A stretch of DNA of 64,000 nt from the human T2T-CHM13v2.0 reference genome, Homo sapiens, in the NCBI RefSeq assembly GCF_009914755.1, contig NC_060940.1, one strand, 5' to 3'. The notes under the pieces are model-generated. The model saw only the letters and a list, made by a program, of their open reading frames with translations. It made no database searches and was not told the origin of the DNA. Positions 1-10,279 of the stretch are shown here, piece after piece; positions within the stretch are counted from its first letter, which is position 1; the number at the start of each line of letters is the position of its first letter. A program made the translations under genes and the position numbers.

Positions 1-92
1 CTGCGCGGCGGAACCGACCCTGTCCTGGACCGCAGGCAGCAGCTGACCCCGCGCCACCGGCCTGCGGGCGAGACCTCAGGCGCGAGACGGGC

Positions 93-191
<99 letters not shown>

Positions 192-410
192 AGGGGCCCG
201 AGGACCCGCTTCCTAGCTGAGCGTCAGGACGGGGGGCGGACTCTCAGGAGCCGCGCGGCGCCCGCAGAGGAGAGGAAGCGCCGGAGACCCCCCTGCTCCC
301 ACCCGGCCTCCCTGCCCCGCTTCCTTTCCCGGGGCTCCAGAGAGGGGAGCTCCAGGCGTGGGGCGCCTGGCCCACGTGGTGCGGCGCCGGGCGGGGCAGG
401 CGGGGGCGCG
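1..410 (-). ncRNA. Probable 5' end of a divergent transcript (recalled as lncRNA CEROX1 / upstream LMF1 isoform)
   Basis: Minus-strand TATA-like element at 430-436 predicts a start near 405. The identity is from memory of the locus; exon structure cannot be seen here. Confidence 0.45.
93..185. repeat. Compound microsatellite (TG)9(AG)19(TG)18
   Basis: Direct count: TG 93-110, AG 111-148, TG 149-184. Confidence 0.98.
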
Positions 411-570
411 GCGAGAGCCGCGGAGCTTTCTTTATGGGTGGGGGGGCGGGGGCGGCCGGGCTCCGCCTCCGGGGGATCGGGGCGCGCTCCGCCAATGGGT
501 AGCCGGGCGCGGGGCGGGGCCGCGGGGCCGCCGCTTAAAGAAACTTGTTGCGGGTCCCGGAGCGGGACCC
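370..570. promoter_or_regulatory. Core promoter, probably bidirectional
   Basis: E-box CACGTG 373-378; GC boxes ~444-452 and 511-520; CCAAT 492-496; TATA-like CTTAAAG 534-540 (+) and CATAAAG 436-430 (-). Confidence 0.75.
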
Positions 571-572
571 GA

Positions 573-576
<4 letters not shown>

Positions 577-603
<27 letters not shown>

Positions 604-604
604 C
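577..604 (+). repeat. (CGG/GGC)9 trinucleotide repeat in the SOX8 5' UTR
   Basis: Nine uninterrupted GGC at 578-604. Confidence 0.97.
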
Positions 605-722
605 AGGGGCGAGGGTCGGGGCCACCGCGCGGCGACCTCGGGTCCCGGAGCGACCGCAGGGCAGCCCCGGGCGCCGGCCCCGGTGCGCGTCTCCTGTGCG
701 CGCCCCTCCGCGCGCGGCCCCG

Positions 723-1144
723 ATGCTGGACATGAGCGAGGCCCGCTCCCAGCCGCCCTGCAGCCCGTCCGGCACCGCCAGCTCCATGTCGCACGTGGAG
801 GACTCGGACTCGGACGCGCCGCCGTCTCCCGCCGGCTCCGAGGGCCTGGGCCGCGCGGGGGTCGCGGTGGGGGGCGCCCGGGGCGACCCGGCGGAGGCGG
901 CGGACGAGCGCTTCCCGGCCTGCATCCGCGACGCCGTGTCGCAGGTGCTCAAGGGCTACGACTGGAGTCTGGTGCCCATGCCGGTGCGCGGCGGCGGCGG
1001 CGGCGCGCTCAAAGCCAAGCCGCATGTGAAGCGGCCCATGAACGCATTCATGGTGTGGGCGCAGGCGGCGCGCCGCAAGCTGGCCGACCAGTACCCGCAC
1101 CTGCACAACGCCGAGCTCAGCAAGACGCTGGGCAAGCTGTGGCG
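723..1144 (+). CDS. SOX8: SOX8 exon 1 coding part (SoxE dimerisation domain and N-terminal HMG box)
   Basis: ATG at 723 gives [17 protein letters not shown]...[24 protein letters not shown] (SoxE dimerisation domain) ...[43 protein letters not shown] (HMG box). Donor CG|gtgagt at 1144/1145; 422 nt, phase 2. Confidence 0.99.
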
Positions 1145-2527
1145 GTGAGTGCCGGCGCCCCGGGGGCGGGGTTCGGGACCTTGGCCGCCCCTGGTCTCGG
1201 ACTGCGAGCGGGGGCCTGGAGGGCGCAGAGCTCGCGGAGGTGGTGGCCACACGCAGGCTCCGGGCTCTGCACCCCGGGCGGGTGTCAGGGCGGGTCCCAG
1301 TGGAAAAACATCCTCTGGCCAGCCGGGGTCCGGCGCCAGCTATGGGAGTCGGGATCCGCGGAGGGCAGCGCCTGGGGTGTGCACCCTCGTGGCGGGTGCG
1401 CTCTGGAGCCAGTTCTCCTGGCGGGGAACACACTGCGGAGGGCCATGGCTGGCACCCCGACGTGCCCTCCAGCCGTTGCGAGTGGCCCCAGCCCCGGGAG
1501 GCACGCCCGGCACGACAGCAAGTTGCATGCGGCTCTCTGGAGGTGCTCCCTCCTTAGAAAGGGCTCAGCTCCTCTGGCTCCTGGACCACCCATGGGGAGG
1601 GAGTGCGGCAGGCGGATGGGTGGGCAGCAGGTTTGCCTGCGAGTACCCTCCCCGCAGTTTCTCCCTCTCCTGGACACCCTCGGTCCGAAGCAGGGAGGGC
1701 AGGAGTGGAGATGACGGGGTGCGCCGTGTGCACGCCTTGGCGTGGTGGGGCCGGTCAGTTTTCCAGAAATTAGGACTGCAGAGTGAAGAACTTGTTGCTC
1801 AGGACAGGCCGCCCCCACCGAGTGTCCTCTGGTTGGGTTTCAAATGGTTCTCTTGGTTTGGGGCTCTGGTTCCCGTATCCTGCTCCTCACCTGGAAGAAG
1901 GGAGCTTGGAGCTTGGGTATTTGCACCTCCTGCCTTCTGTCTGGATCTAGGGCGCAGCCACGGGGCGCTGTGGACGGCAGGCCCCTGCTCCCCCAAGTCC
2001 TGCCGCACAGGCGGTTGGAGGTGAGCCTCGGGAAGAGTCCCAGGGAGTGTGTCCTGTGGCTCAGTGAGGACGGGCGCCTGGGCCCTGCCAGGGCTTCTGG
2101 GTGTCTGGGAATGGAGGGACAGCAGCCCAGCTGCCCGCCGAAGGCCGGCACCGTTCCCGGGAAGCCTCGCTTTTGTCCACCGCCGGCTGGGTCCTGCCCG
2201 CCTCCCCCGCCTCCCTTAGAAAGCCCCAGAGGGAGGGAACAGCAGGCCCGGAATAGGGGGAAATAGAAGGAGGAAGATGGGAGGCGTGGGGCTTGTTCTT
2301 CTTTGGCTGTCGTAAGCATACCAACCTTCCCAAACAGGCGCCGGCCGGTTCTCCCAGAGGAGTGTACTGCCTGGTGCCACGGGAGGCTCCGGAGCGCACG
2401 GCAGGCGGGTTTCCCTGGTCAGAGCCTCCTGGCCCCGGCCTCTGCTGCCGGTTCCCCCTGTGGTGTGTGCCTGCGCCGAGGGCACAGTGGGCGCCCTGGC
2501 CATCCCTGCCTCTGCCCTGTGCTGCAG

Positions 2528-2760
2528 CTTGCTGAGCGAGAGCGAGAAGCGGCCCTTCGTGGAGGAGGCAGAGCGCCTTCGCGTGCAGCACAAGAAGGAC
2601 CACCCCGACTACAAGTACCAGCCACGGCGCAGGAAGAGCGCCAAAGCCGGCCACAGCGACTCCGACTCGGGCGCGGAGCTGGGACCCCACCCTGGCGGCG
2701 GTGCCGTGTACAAGGCTGAAGCAGGGCTTGGAGATGGGCACCACCATGGCGACCACACAG
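2528..2760 (+). CDS. SOX8: SOX8 exon 2 (C-terminal HMG box)
   Basis: Acceptor ctgcag|C at 2527/2528. Reads [36 protein letters not shown]...HHHGDHT. Donor CAG|gtgggc at 2760/2761; 233 nt, frame-compatible with exons 1 and 3. Confidence 0.99.
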
Positions 2761-3500
2761 GTGGGCTCCAGGCCCCCCGCATATCTGAGGGTCCCTGTAT
2801 GGGAGGCAGCTGTGGGGTTTCTGGCTGAGAAGGGTGCATGATGGTGGAGGGGGGCAGGCGCCCTCGAGAGAACCGGGCCTTCCCCGGGTTCCCTGAAAAA
2901 GCTCCCAAGGCCCCGGCCGCCCCTGTTTTTGGTGCACGAGGGACCTGCTTAGCCACCTTGAGTGCTGAGGGGCTGACAGCTTTGCTTGGCAGGGACCCCG
3001 AGAGGTGGTGTTTTCAGCAAGACTCAGTCCAATGCGGGCTCCTCTTCCCACACCGAGCTGCTGCCCACACGGCACTCAGCAGCCCCAGCTTCAGGGCCAG
3101 ACTGACAGGGTGGAGTCCTGCCGGGGCCTCGGTCAGGCTGGCTGACGCCCGCCAGCCTCAGAGTGCTTGGCTGGCCCGGGGAGGAACAGGGTCTGTGTGG
3201 TCCCCCAGCGCCCTGTAAACGCCAGCTCTGGCCAGGCTGGGCCTGTCGGCTTCTTCCCCCCACCTTGGTCTCTGGGAGGGGCCTCGGGTCTTCCCATAGC
3301 ACAGCGCTTCATGGAATTTTCTCGGCCGAGGAGTGAGGTCTAGGTCTGACTTTGCTGGAATTTCTGGGAAATGTAAAGAAACAAAAAGCCGTTGATCCCC
3401 CTGGCAGTTAGCGCGGGCGTCCCTCCCCTTCCAGCCTGGCCGGCCCCACCCGCCCCACAGAAGGGGCATTCATCCCTGAAGCCTGCTCTCCTGTCCCCAG

Positions 3501-4186
3501 GGCAGACCCACGGGCCGCCCACCCCGCCCACCACCCCCAAGACGGAGCTGCAGCAGGCGGGCGCCAAGCCGGAGCTGAAGCTGGAGGGACGCCGGCCGGT
3601 GGACAGCGGGCGCCAGAACATCGACTTCAGCAACGTGGACATCTCGGAGCTCAGCAGCGAGGTCATGGGCACCATGGACGCCTTCGACGTCCACGAGTTC
3701 GACCAGTACCTGCCCCTGGGCGGCCCCGCCCCACCCGAGCCGGGCCAGGCCTATGGGGGCGCCTACTTCCACGCCGGGGCGTCCCCCGTGTGGGCCCACA
3801 AGAGTGCCCCGTCGGCCTCCGCGTCGCCCACCGAGACGGGTCCCCCACGGCCGCACATCAAGACGGAGCAGCCGAGTCCCGGCCACTACGGCGACCAGCC
3901 CCGAGGCTCGCCCGACTACGGTTCCTGCAGCGGCCAGTCCAGCGCCACCCCGGCCGCCCCCGCCGGCCCCTTCGCCGGCTCACAGGGCGACTATGGCGAC
4001 CTGCAGGCCTCCAGCTACTATGGTGCCTACCCTGGCTACGCACCCGGCCTCTACCAGTACCCCTGCTTCCACTCGCCGCGCCGGCCCTACGCCTCACCCC
4101 TGCTCAACGGCCTGGCCCTGCCGCCCGCCCACAGCCCCACCAGTCACTGGGACCAGCCGGTGTACACCACCCTGACCAGGCCCTGA
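3501..4186 (+). CDS. SOX8: SOX8 exon 3 coding part (K2/TAM domain and C-terminal transactivation domain)
   Basis: Acceptor ctgtccccag|GG at 3500/3501. Reads QTHGPPTPPTTPKTE...NIDFSNVDISELSSEVM...FDVHEFDQYLP...HWDQPVYTTLTRP-TGA. Spliced total 422+233+686 = 1341 nt = 446 aa, the known SOX8 length. Confidence 0.99.
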
Positions 4187-5785
4187 GGGCCCAGCCGCGG
4201 GGAGGGACTCGCAGGCGTCAGCGGGCAGCCTTGTCCCGGCCCAGTGTGTGTGACCGGGGCGGGAGGGGCCCCAGTGGCTGAGCTCCAAGTGCCTGCTGAA
4301 GTCTGCAGGGAAACACGCTTGCTGCCCGTGGCCCTCGGCCTCCAGATGGCCACACCTCTGCCGACGACGGACCAGCTCCCTCTCCCTTCTATCTTTCTTT
4401 TTGAGGTGGTGGGATTATTCCACAAAGAAGGGCTGCCGTTTGGTCCCTCTTCCGTGAGGACTGGCGGCACCAGCACCTTCGCTTTGCATCTCGGTAGAGG
4501 AGAAACGGCAGCACAGCCCAAGGACCAAAGGAGGGGGTGGCAGGGGCCTTGCAGGGCGCTGTGAGGTCCAGGCCGGTCTTGGCGCCGAGAGCCCCTGCAC
4601 TCAAGGCCACATTCCCTCGACAACGGCTGCACGGGCTGTCCGGGATCCGGGGTGTCTGTCCGCAGACTGGGATGAGTCTACTCGAGCATCTCCGGGACCT
4701 GCCTGTCAGATCTGAGGTGTCTCCTTGCTGGCAGAGTGCGCTCACGCGAGGGCTGGCTGTGATGAACACATCTCTCTTTTATTTTTATGTTTTTGATAAT
4801 TTTTATTTTTGAAGCTTAAATGTGTTTCTTCTGAAAGCTGTTAAAGATGTATTTATGTTCTGTGTTATTTTATCTTTAATTAATGAGGTAATTCGGGCAA
4901 AGAGTAGAATTTAAGACAAAACGGAAGCTGGGAAGCTTCCCTTGAGGGCAGGCAGGAGGTGGAGTTGCAGCTGTTGGCCGGCATCACGTTGCTCGTTGCT
5001 CGGCTTATGGGAGGCCGCCCTGGAGGGCCCGGAGGTCCCAAGGTCCCTGGGAGGACTGGGCCCCTCATGCCTCGAGCTTGGCAACCGAAAACCCGAGGGA
5101 GGAGAAGGGACCTGCCTTGTGACATCTCTGATCAGGTTGGGGTGCCCCAGCACCCAGTACCAGTTTGGGGTTTGGGAAGCAGGACTCCGTCCCTGTCCCC
5201 GACTGTGCCACGTGGTAGGACACATAGGACACAGGAATTCCTGGGTCCTTGCCCATGACTGTGCCATGTGGTAGGACACAGGACACAGGAATTCCTGGAA
5301 AGTGGTGGCTTCAGAAGTGATCTTGGCTCGCAGGCACCAGTGCCACCTACCAAGCTGTGAAACTAAACCTTCTCCACTAAACGTCGTTAGGGCCTCAGTT
5401 CTAGACGAGTCATACCTGATTCACCTGCACTGCTTCCCCCGTGTGCTGAGCATAGAGCATACAATAGCGCCTACTTCACGGAAACTTGTGCCTTTAAACT
5501 TTGTAAACTTAAACACAGCCGAGAAGTTGCTTCTTTGTACTTTTTCTACTTTTCCTACTTTTTTGTAGAAAAAAAAGATAATGCCTCTGCTTCTATTTCT
5601 CTGGGGGTGGGGGTGGGGGCCGGGAGCCGTCGCAGACCCGTTTCATGCAGCGTCTCCCTCGGCACCGCGTTCGGAGGACGCACCCTCACTCCCCTGCTGC
5701 CTTCACTCCTTTCTGACCAAGCAACGCTAACTTTTGTACAGATCGATTTGATAAAATTAAACAAAGTGCTTTTTATGGACGTGGG
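4187..5785 (+). other. SOX8: SOX8 3' UTR
   Basis: Runs from the stop codon to the poly(A) signal. Contains U-rich tracts (4775-4885, 5530-5580) and a miR-124 7mer-m8 site GTGCCTT (5488-5494). The 3' end is approximate. Confidence 0.85.
5202..5298 (+). repeat. Imperfect ~42-bp direct duplication in the 3' UTR
   Basis: actgtgccacgtggtaggacacataggacacaggaattcctgg (5202-5244) and actgtgccatgtggtaggacacaggacacaggaattcctgg (5258-5298). Confidence 0.9.
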
Positions 5786-5810
5786 CTGCATTTTGTGTGT
5801 TGCTTTGTGT
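5756..5810 (+). terminator. SOX8 polyadenylation signal with downstream GU-rich element
   Basis: ATTAAA at 5756-5761, upstream TGTA (5735-5738), downstream ttttgtgtgttgctttgtgt (5791-5810). Confidence 0.8.
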
Positions 5811-8255
5811 GAGCCTGGGGCTCCCGGGGTAAAGGTGTCCGGCAAAGGCAGGATCAGGCCGTGCCACGCGGCCGCCGGCCTCACCCCAGTGCCCTCCACG
5901 CTGGGCGGCAAGGAGGGCGGCCGCGAGCCCACCCGGACCCCCGAGCGGCAGGGGCAGCCCGTCGTGCCACCAGGCGTCAGCAGGCTTCAGTCAGAATGGA
6001 AACAGCCATGCCCTTCGCGAATCCCGTCGCGGCCTCTGGGAACCGAGCTCCTCGTCTTCCTTCCTGGAGGGCCTCCTTGGTAGGCAAAATGGGTCTGGAC
6101 GGGCCCGATTCGGGGCTGTGTTTTTCCTCCCAGGCGAATCCCAGAGCTGGTTTCTGGGTGGCTGTGCAATGCCAGGAAGCCGACGGCATCTTTCGGGCCT
6201 TGGCATGGAGCCAGGCTGGGAGCGGATGAAAGCGCCCCGCAGGAGCCGGCAGAGCTGTCTGGTTGGAGGAAAGTTTCTAGGGAGAAAATGGCTGTGGGAG
6301 TGACAGCCAGTGAGGGGCAGCCGGTCCCTTTGCCAGGTCTCCCGGGCACCTGAGGCTGGTGCGGGGGCGTCTCGGGGCTGGGGGCCACCCCTGGGGTGCA
6401 GACACCCGGCTTCTCAAGGCATCTTGGTCGGGGGTGGCAGAGGATGCACTGCTCACAGGAACCCAAATTCGAAAGACAGCCGCATCTACAATTTTAACAC
6501 GGTGGCCTGGGTAGGGGGCCACCCACCCCGTCTCCTTGCCCGCCTGGCCGCCCTGCCCCTCACCCCACAGTGGGGATCCCGTTCCAGGGCCTACCAAGAA
6601 CAGCAGGGGGAGGGGCTGTGCGGATTTATGACGGTTCCTTGGGGGTGGGGTGTGCCAAGCCCCACGGGCGAGGAGGAGGCTGGGAGGGGGCTGCCGAAAG
6701 CCAGGTTCACAGACATCCGTCGCCTCTGTGGAACAGGCCCATCCCGTCCTGCGTCCAGCCAAGGGCTGTCCAGGCCCACACGTCCCTCAAAGCTCACACA
6801 TTGACACCCCAGCTGGGGAGAACCCAGCGTCCGGCTAGCCGGCAAAGCCAGCTCTGCCCCTGGGCTGCCCCGGGACACGCTTTGGGGCTTGCCAGGTTCC
6901 CAGGGACTGGGAGGCCCTGCCAGTTTTGTGTGGACTTGGCAGGGCTGCTGTGAGTTAACTCCTGGGGTCCCGGGCCCTGCGTCTCACTGGTGTGTGCCCT
7001 AGAGGAGGAAAACCTCATGTCCCCGTCCCGGGTGTGCCTGGGTCCCGGGTGCGTTCCTGTGGGTTTTCCAGTATCTGAGTTTCGTGAAGGTCAGGGAGTG
7101 CCACACCGTCCTGGCGCGTCCACACCCTGCCAGGGTGAGGGGTGCATGGACAGCTCCTCCCCCTGCACAGCCCCGCTCTTTGTCCCTCCCTGCCCCTCCC
7201 ATCCCTCCTCTCTGGGGGTCCCCCTCTGGCAGGGCTTGTGGCTTCCCCCTTCGGCACTGGATGCTGGCCCTGGGAGTCTCCAGGTGCCAGTCCCCCTCCC
7301 CAGGTGCTGCACGGAGGAGGGGGCCAGAGTCGGTGCCTTGGGGGTCAGGCCGCTTTGCCCCTGTTTCCGGCTGGTGGGGGTTTTGCTGGAGACAAGTCCT
7401 CCAAGAACACCAGGCTGATGACGTTGTTTCCAAGCTGGCCTCGCCCCAAGCCCAAGCTTCCCTGCGCCCGGTCCTCCTGAAAGCGTCGTGTCCCAGGCCA
7501 GGCCGGCCGGGAGAGTTCCTCATTTTCCACGTCCTCATCCTCCACAGAGAGCATTGCCTCTGATCTCAGCCGAACAGAATGCCCTGTTCAGCCCCAAAAG
7601 GGGAAATGGCATTGGTGATCCACCCTGGATTCTGATAGGCTGGAAAAGCCCCTCTGGTCTTCCTGGGACAGAAGCGGCCTTAGGAGCAGGTTATCGGTGT
7701 GGGCGTGAGTTCACAGCTGCGAGGCTGTTCCTTCCCAAGAGGGCCTGTGTCCTCCCAGCAGCTGCCTGGGAGGGGCCTGAGGTCCCATTTGCCCGCCTCT
7801 CCTGGGCAGTGAGATTCGGGGACCCGCTGGTCTGCTGTGGCGTTGGGCCACAGTCAGAGGACCATCAAGTCCGGGGTGTCATGGACCCGGGGTCCTGGCC
7901 TGCTGTCTGGACCCCAGTCTTGCCTCCCCAACCCAGGACGGAGGACCTTTCTTGACACCATCTCTAGCTACTCCACACCTGCTGGGGCTGCGGCTGGAGG
8001 CTTGGGGGTCGTGCTTCCGGGCAGTGACACCATAACCACCAGACTCCAGACAAGCCCTGGACACCTGTGTGGACGGCCGCAGGGGCACATTCCAGCGGGT
8101 TCACAGCAGACCGGCGCCAGTCAGGACCCAGTCTCGGGCAGCGAAGCCAGCACTTGGTTTGAATCCCTCCGGGGCAATGTAGACCCCAGATGAAGGAGAT
8201 GGGTGGCCCCCCAGCAACTCAGGCAAAGAAGCACCCCTGAGGAAAGGAGATGCAG

Positions 8256-8383
8256 CCCAGCGCTGCCCCCAAGCTTCAGTCGGGCCCTTCCGGCAGGACC
8301 CAGCGCTGCACTCAAGCCTCAGCCAGGCCCTTCCTGCAGGACCCAGCGCTGCACTCAAGCCTCAGCCGGGCCCTTCCTGCAGA
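8256..8383. repeat. 43-bp tandem repeat x3
   Basis: Unit cccagcgctgcactcaagcctcagccgggcccttcctgcagga at 8256, 8299 and 8342. Confidence 0.92.
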
Positions 8384-9835
8384 ACTGCAGGGGCATCAGG
8401 CAGGTGATGGAAGCCAGAGGCTCAGATCGCCCACTGCCCAGGCCCTGCCAGTGACGACATCTGCTTCTCTTTCCTGGGACCAGAGGCCCCACCTCTGCTC
8501 CCCACAGCCTGGCTCTGCCGGCCCAGTCCTGAGGCCACTGCAAACAAGGGGGCTGTGGCCTCCTGATTACTCACTGGCCCTCGGCTGCCTGGGAGCTGCA
8601 GGGACCCACCCAGGCTCCCTACCACCTGCGAAGCCCAGTATTCCCAAGAGCTGGGGGAAGGGAAGGGAAGGGGGAGCTGGCTGTCCCTCCACCTCCCATC
8701 TGCCATTCCGAGGCATCATCTAACGTCCCCGGCGTCCCCTCTCATTCTGGTGTCCCCTGTGTTCTAGAGGAAGCATGGACTGTGTCTCCAGGATGGGCTG
8801 TGGGAGCTGTGGGGCTCCCAGGGGGGCAGGAGCCCTCAGGGGAGAGGGGTGGGGCACGTGGGTGCGCAGGTAGGCCGTCCTGGAGCAGAGCAGTGTAGGG
8901 CCAAGCCCTGTGTCTTCTGCTGCTTCTCACTGGCTCTGGGGCAGGTGGCTTCCTCACCTGCACGATGGGAATGACCCTGGAGTTCTGGGGAACTTGGTGA
9001 GATCAGGACCTTCCCCCAGCAGTGCCCCCCAGGTGCCTGACGTACTGTTGTGCTGTTGGTGGTATTATTACCACCTCGGGCCATGCGATGACCCTTTTGC
9101 TTATCTGCAAAATAAAGCGGGTTTGGCAGCAAGAAAATCAAAGTGAAACTGGCGAAGAAAGGGCCGGCCTCACGAGACCCCGGGGACTCAGACCCAGTGA
9201 GCGCACCTCTTGCTGCCTCCTGCTGTGTCTGGGGCATCCACACCGCCACCCCGCGGGAAGGCAGGACGAGCTGCTTGCCAGGTGACCTCCCGTGCCTCAG
9301 TTTCCCCCATGACCACGAGGCGGTGAGAGCTCCGCCGAGCTGCCCCAGGGATAACTGAGCTGGGCTTGGTGCGGCTGCGGCCAGTACGCTGGTCCTGCCC
9401 CTCTTGTTGGTCAAATCTCAAGCAGACTTGTCCCAGGACCCTGGGTCCTGTGTGTGGCAGATGGTCCTCCCTGCCTGCCCCGGCCCCCGCCTTCCCCATG
9501 GGCCTACGGCCAGGACTGGAGGACTTGCCCCAGCCTAGGTTGGCCCTCTGGCCAGGGGACCGTCCGGGATTCCCGGGCCCAGGCCCACTGAGGTCTGCCA
9601 TGGACAAGTGTAAGATGCCCAGGACCCCCTTCCTTGGCAGTGCCCAGATGGGCCCAGGCCCGGCTTCTCCCCCAGGGCGGCTGGCGGCTGCATAAACCCT
9701 GCTCCCCCAGGGCCCTGGCAAAGGCCGGGCACCCAGCCCAGGAGACTCCACAAAGGGTTAAGGGGCGCAGGCGGCTGTGCCCACAGTGGGGCGGAGCAGC
9801 CGGGCTGGTGCTGGGCCAGGAGCACGGGCGAAGGC

Positions 9836-10090
9836 GCTGCATTTTAATGAATCGTTATTGCCGGCGAGGCCTTTGTCTTTCTTTATCCGGTGCACAATAA
9901 AAGAATTAATTAGACAGAAAATGGCAGGGCAAGGAACTGACAAGTCATTACGGGCTGCTGAATGACCGATGAGATGCAGCCGGGAGGCTCTGGCCGGCTC
10001 CGGAATGATAATGGCCGGCGGGTGCTTTGTATGCGCGACCAGCAGGCCTCTGTGCCGGGCACTGTGGCGCTGCCGTTGTGGCCGGCAGAC
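9836..10090. promoter_or_regulatory. Candidate enhancer (SOX, homeodomain and TALE motif cluster)
   Basis: Non-repetitive AT-rich island in GC-rich DNA: ATGAAT-N4-ATTGCC 9847-9862, CTTTGT 9871-9876, CACAAT 9893-9898, TAATTA 9907-9912, TGACAAGTCA 9938-9947. Confidence 0.55.
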
Positions 10091-10180
10091 CTGCGGTCCT
10101 GCCTCTCCAAGCAGGGCAGGGAGTGGGAATGCCGGACAAAATCCGAGTGTGAATTTCTGCGTCCGGACACAGCAATGAGT

Positions 10181-10279
10181 GTTCAGATGTGGAGGGGACT
10201 TGGGCAGGTGGTTCTCAGACGTGGAGGGGACTTGGGCAGGTGGTTCTCAGAAGTGGAGGGGACTTGGGCAGGTGGTTCT
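10181..10279. repeat. 32-bp tandem repeat x3
   Basis: Unit gttctcagaNgtggaggggacttgggcaggtg. Confidence 0.92.

Larger units (their letters stand above)
200..1520. promoter_or_regulatory. CpG island over SOX8 promoter and exon 1
   Basis: Very high GC and CpG density read directly from the sequence. Confidence 0.93.

Noticed and set aside
96-494. N-terminal part of the 350-aa ORF (CVCV/RERE)
   Set aside because: GTG start within a microsatellite, upstream of the probable TSS; only 723 onward is supported as SOX8 coding sequence.
224-1433. Long antisense ORFs over SOX8 exon 1
   Set aside because: Expected from stop-codon scarcity in a very GC-rich CpG island; no recognisable domain.
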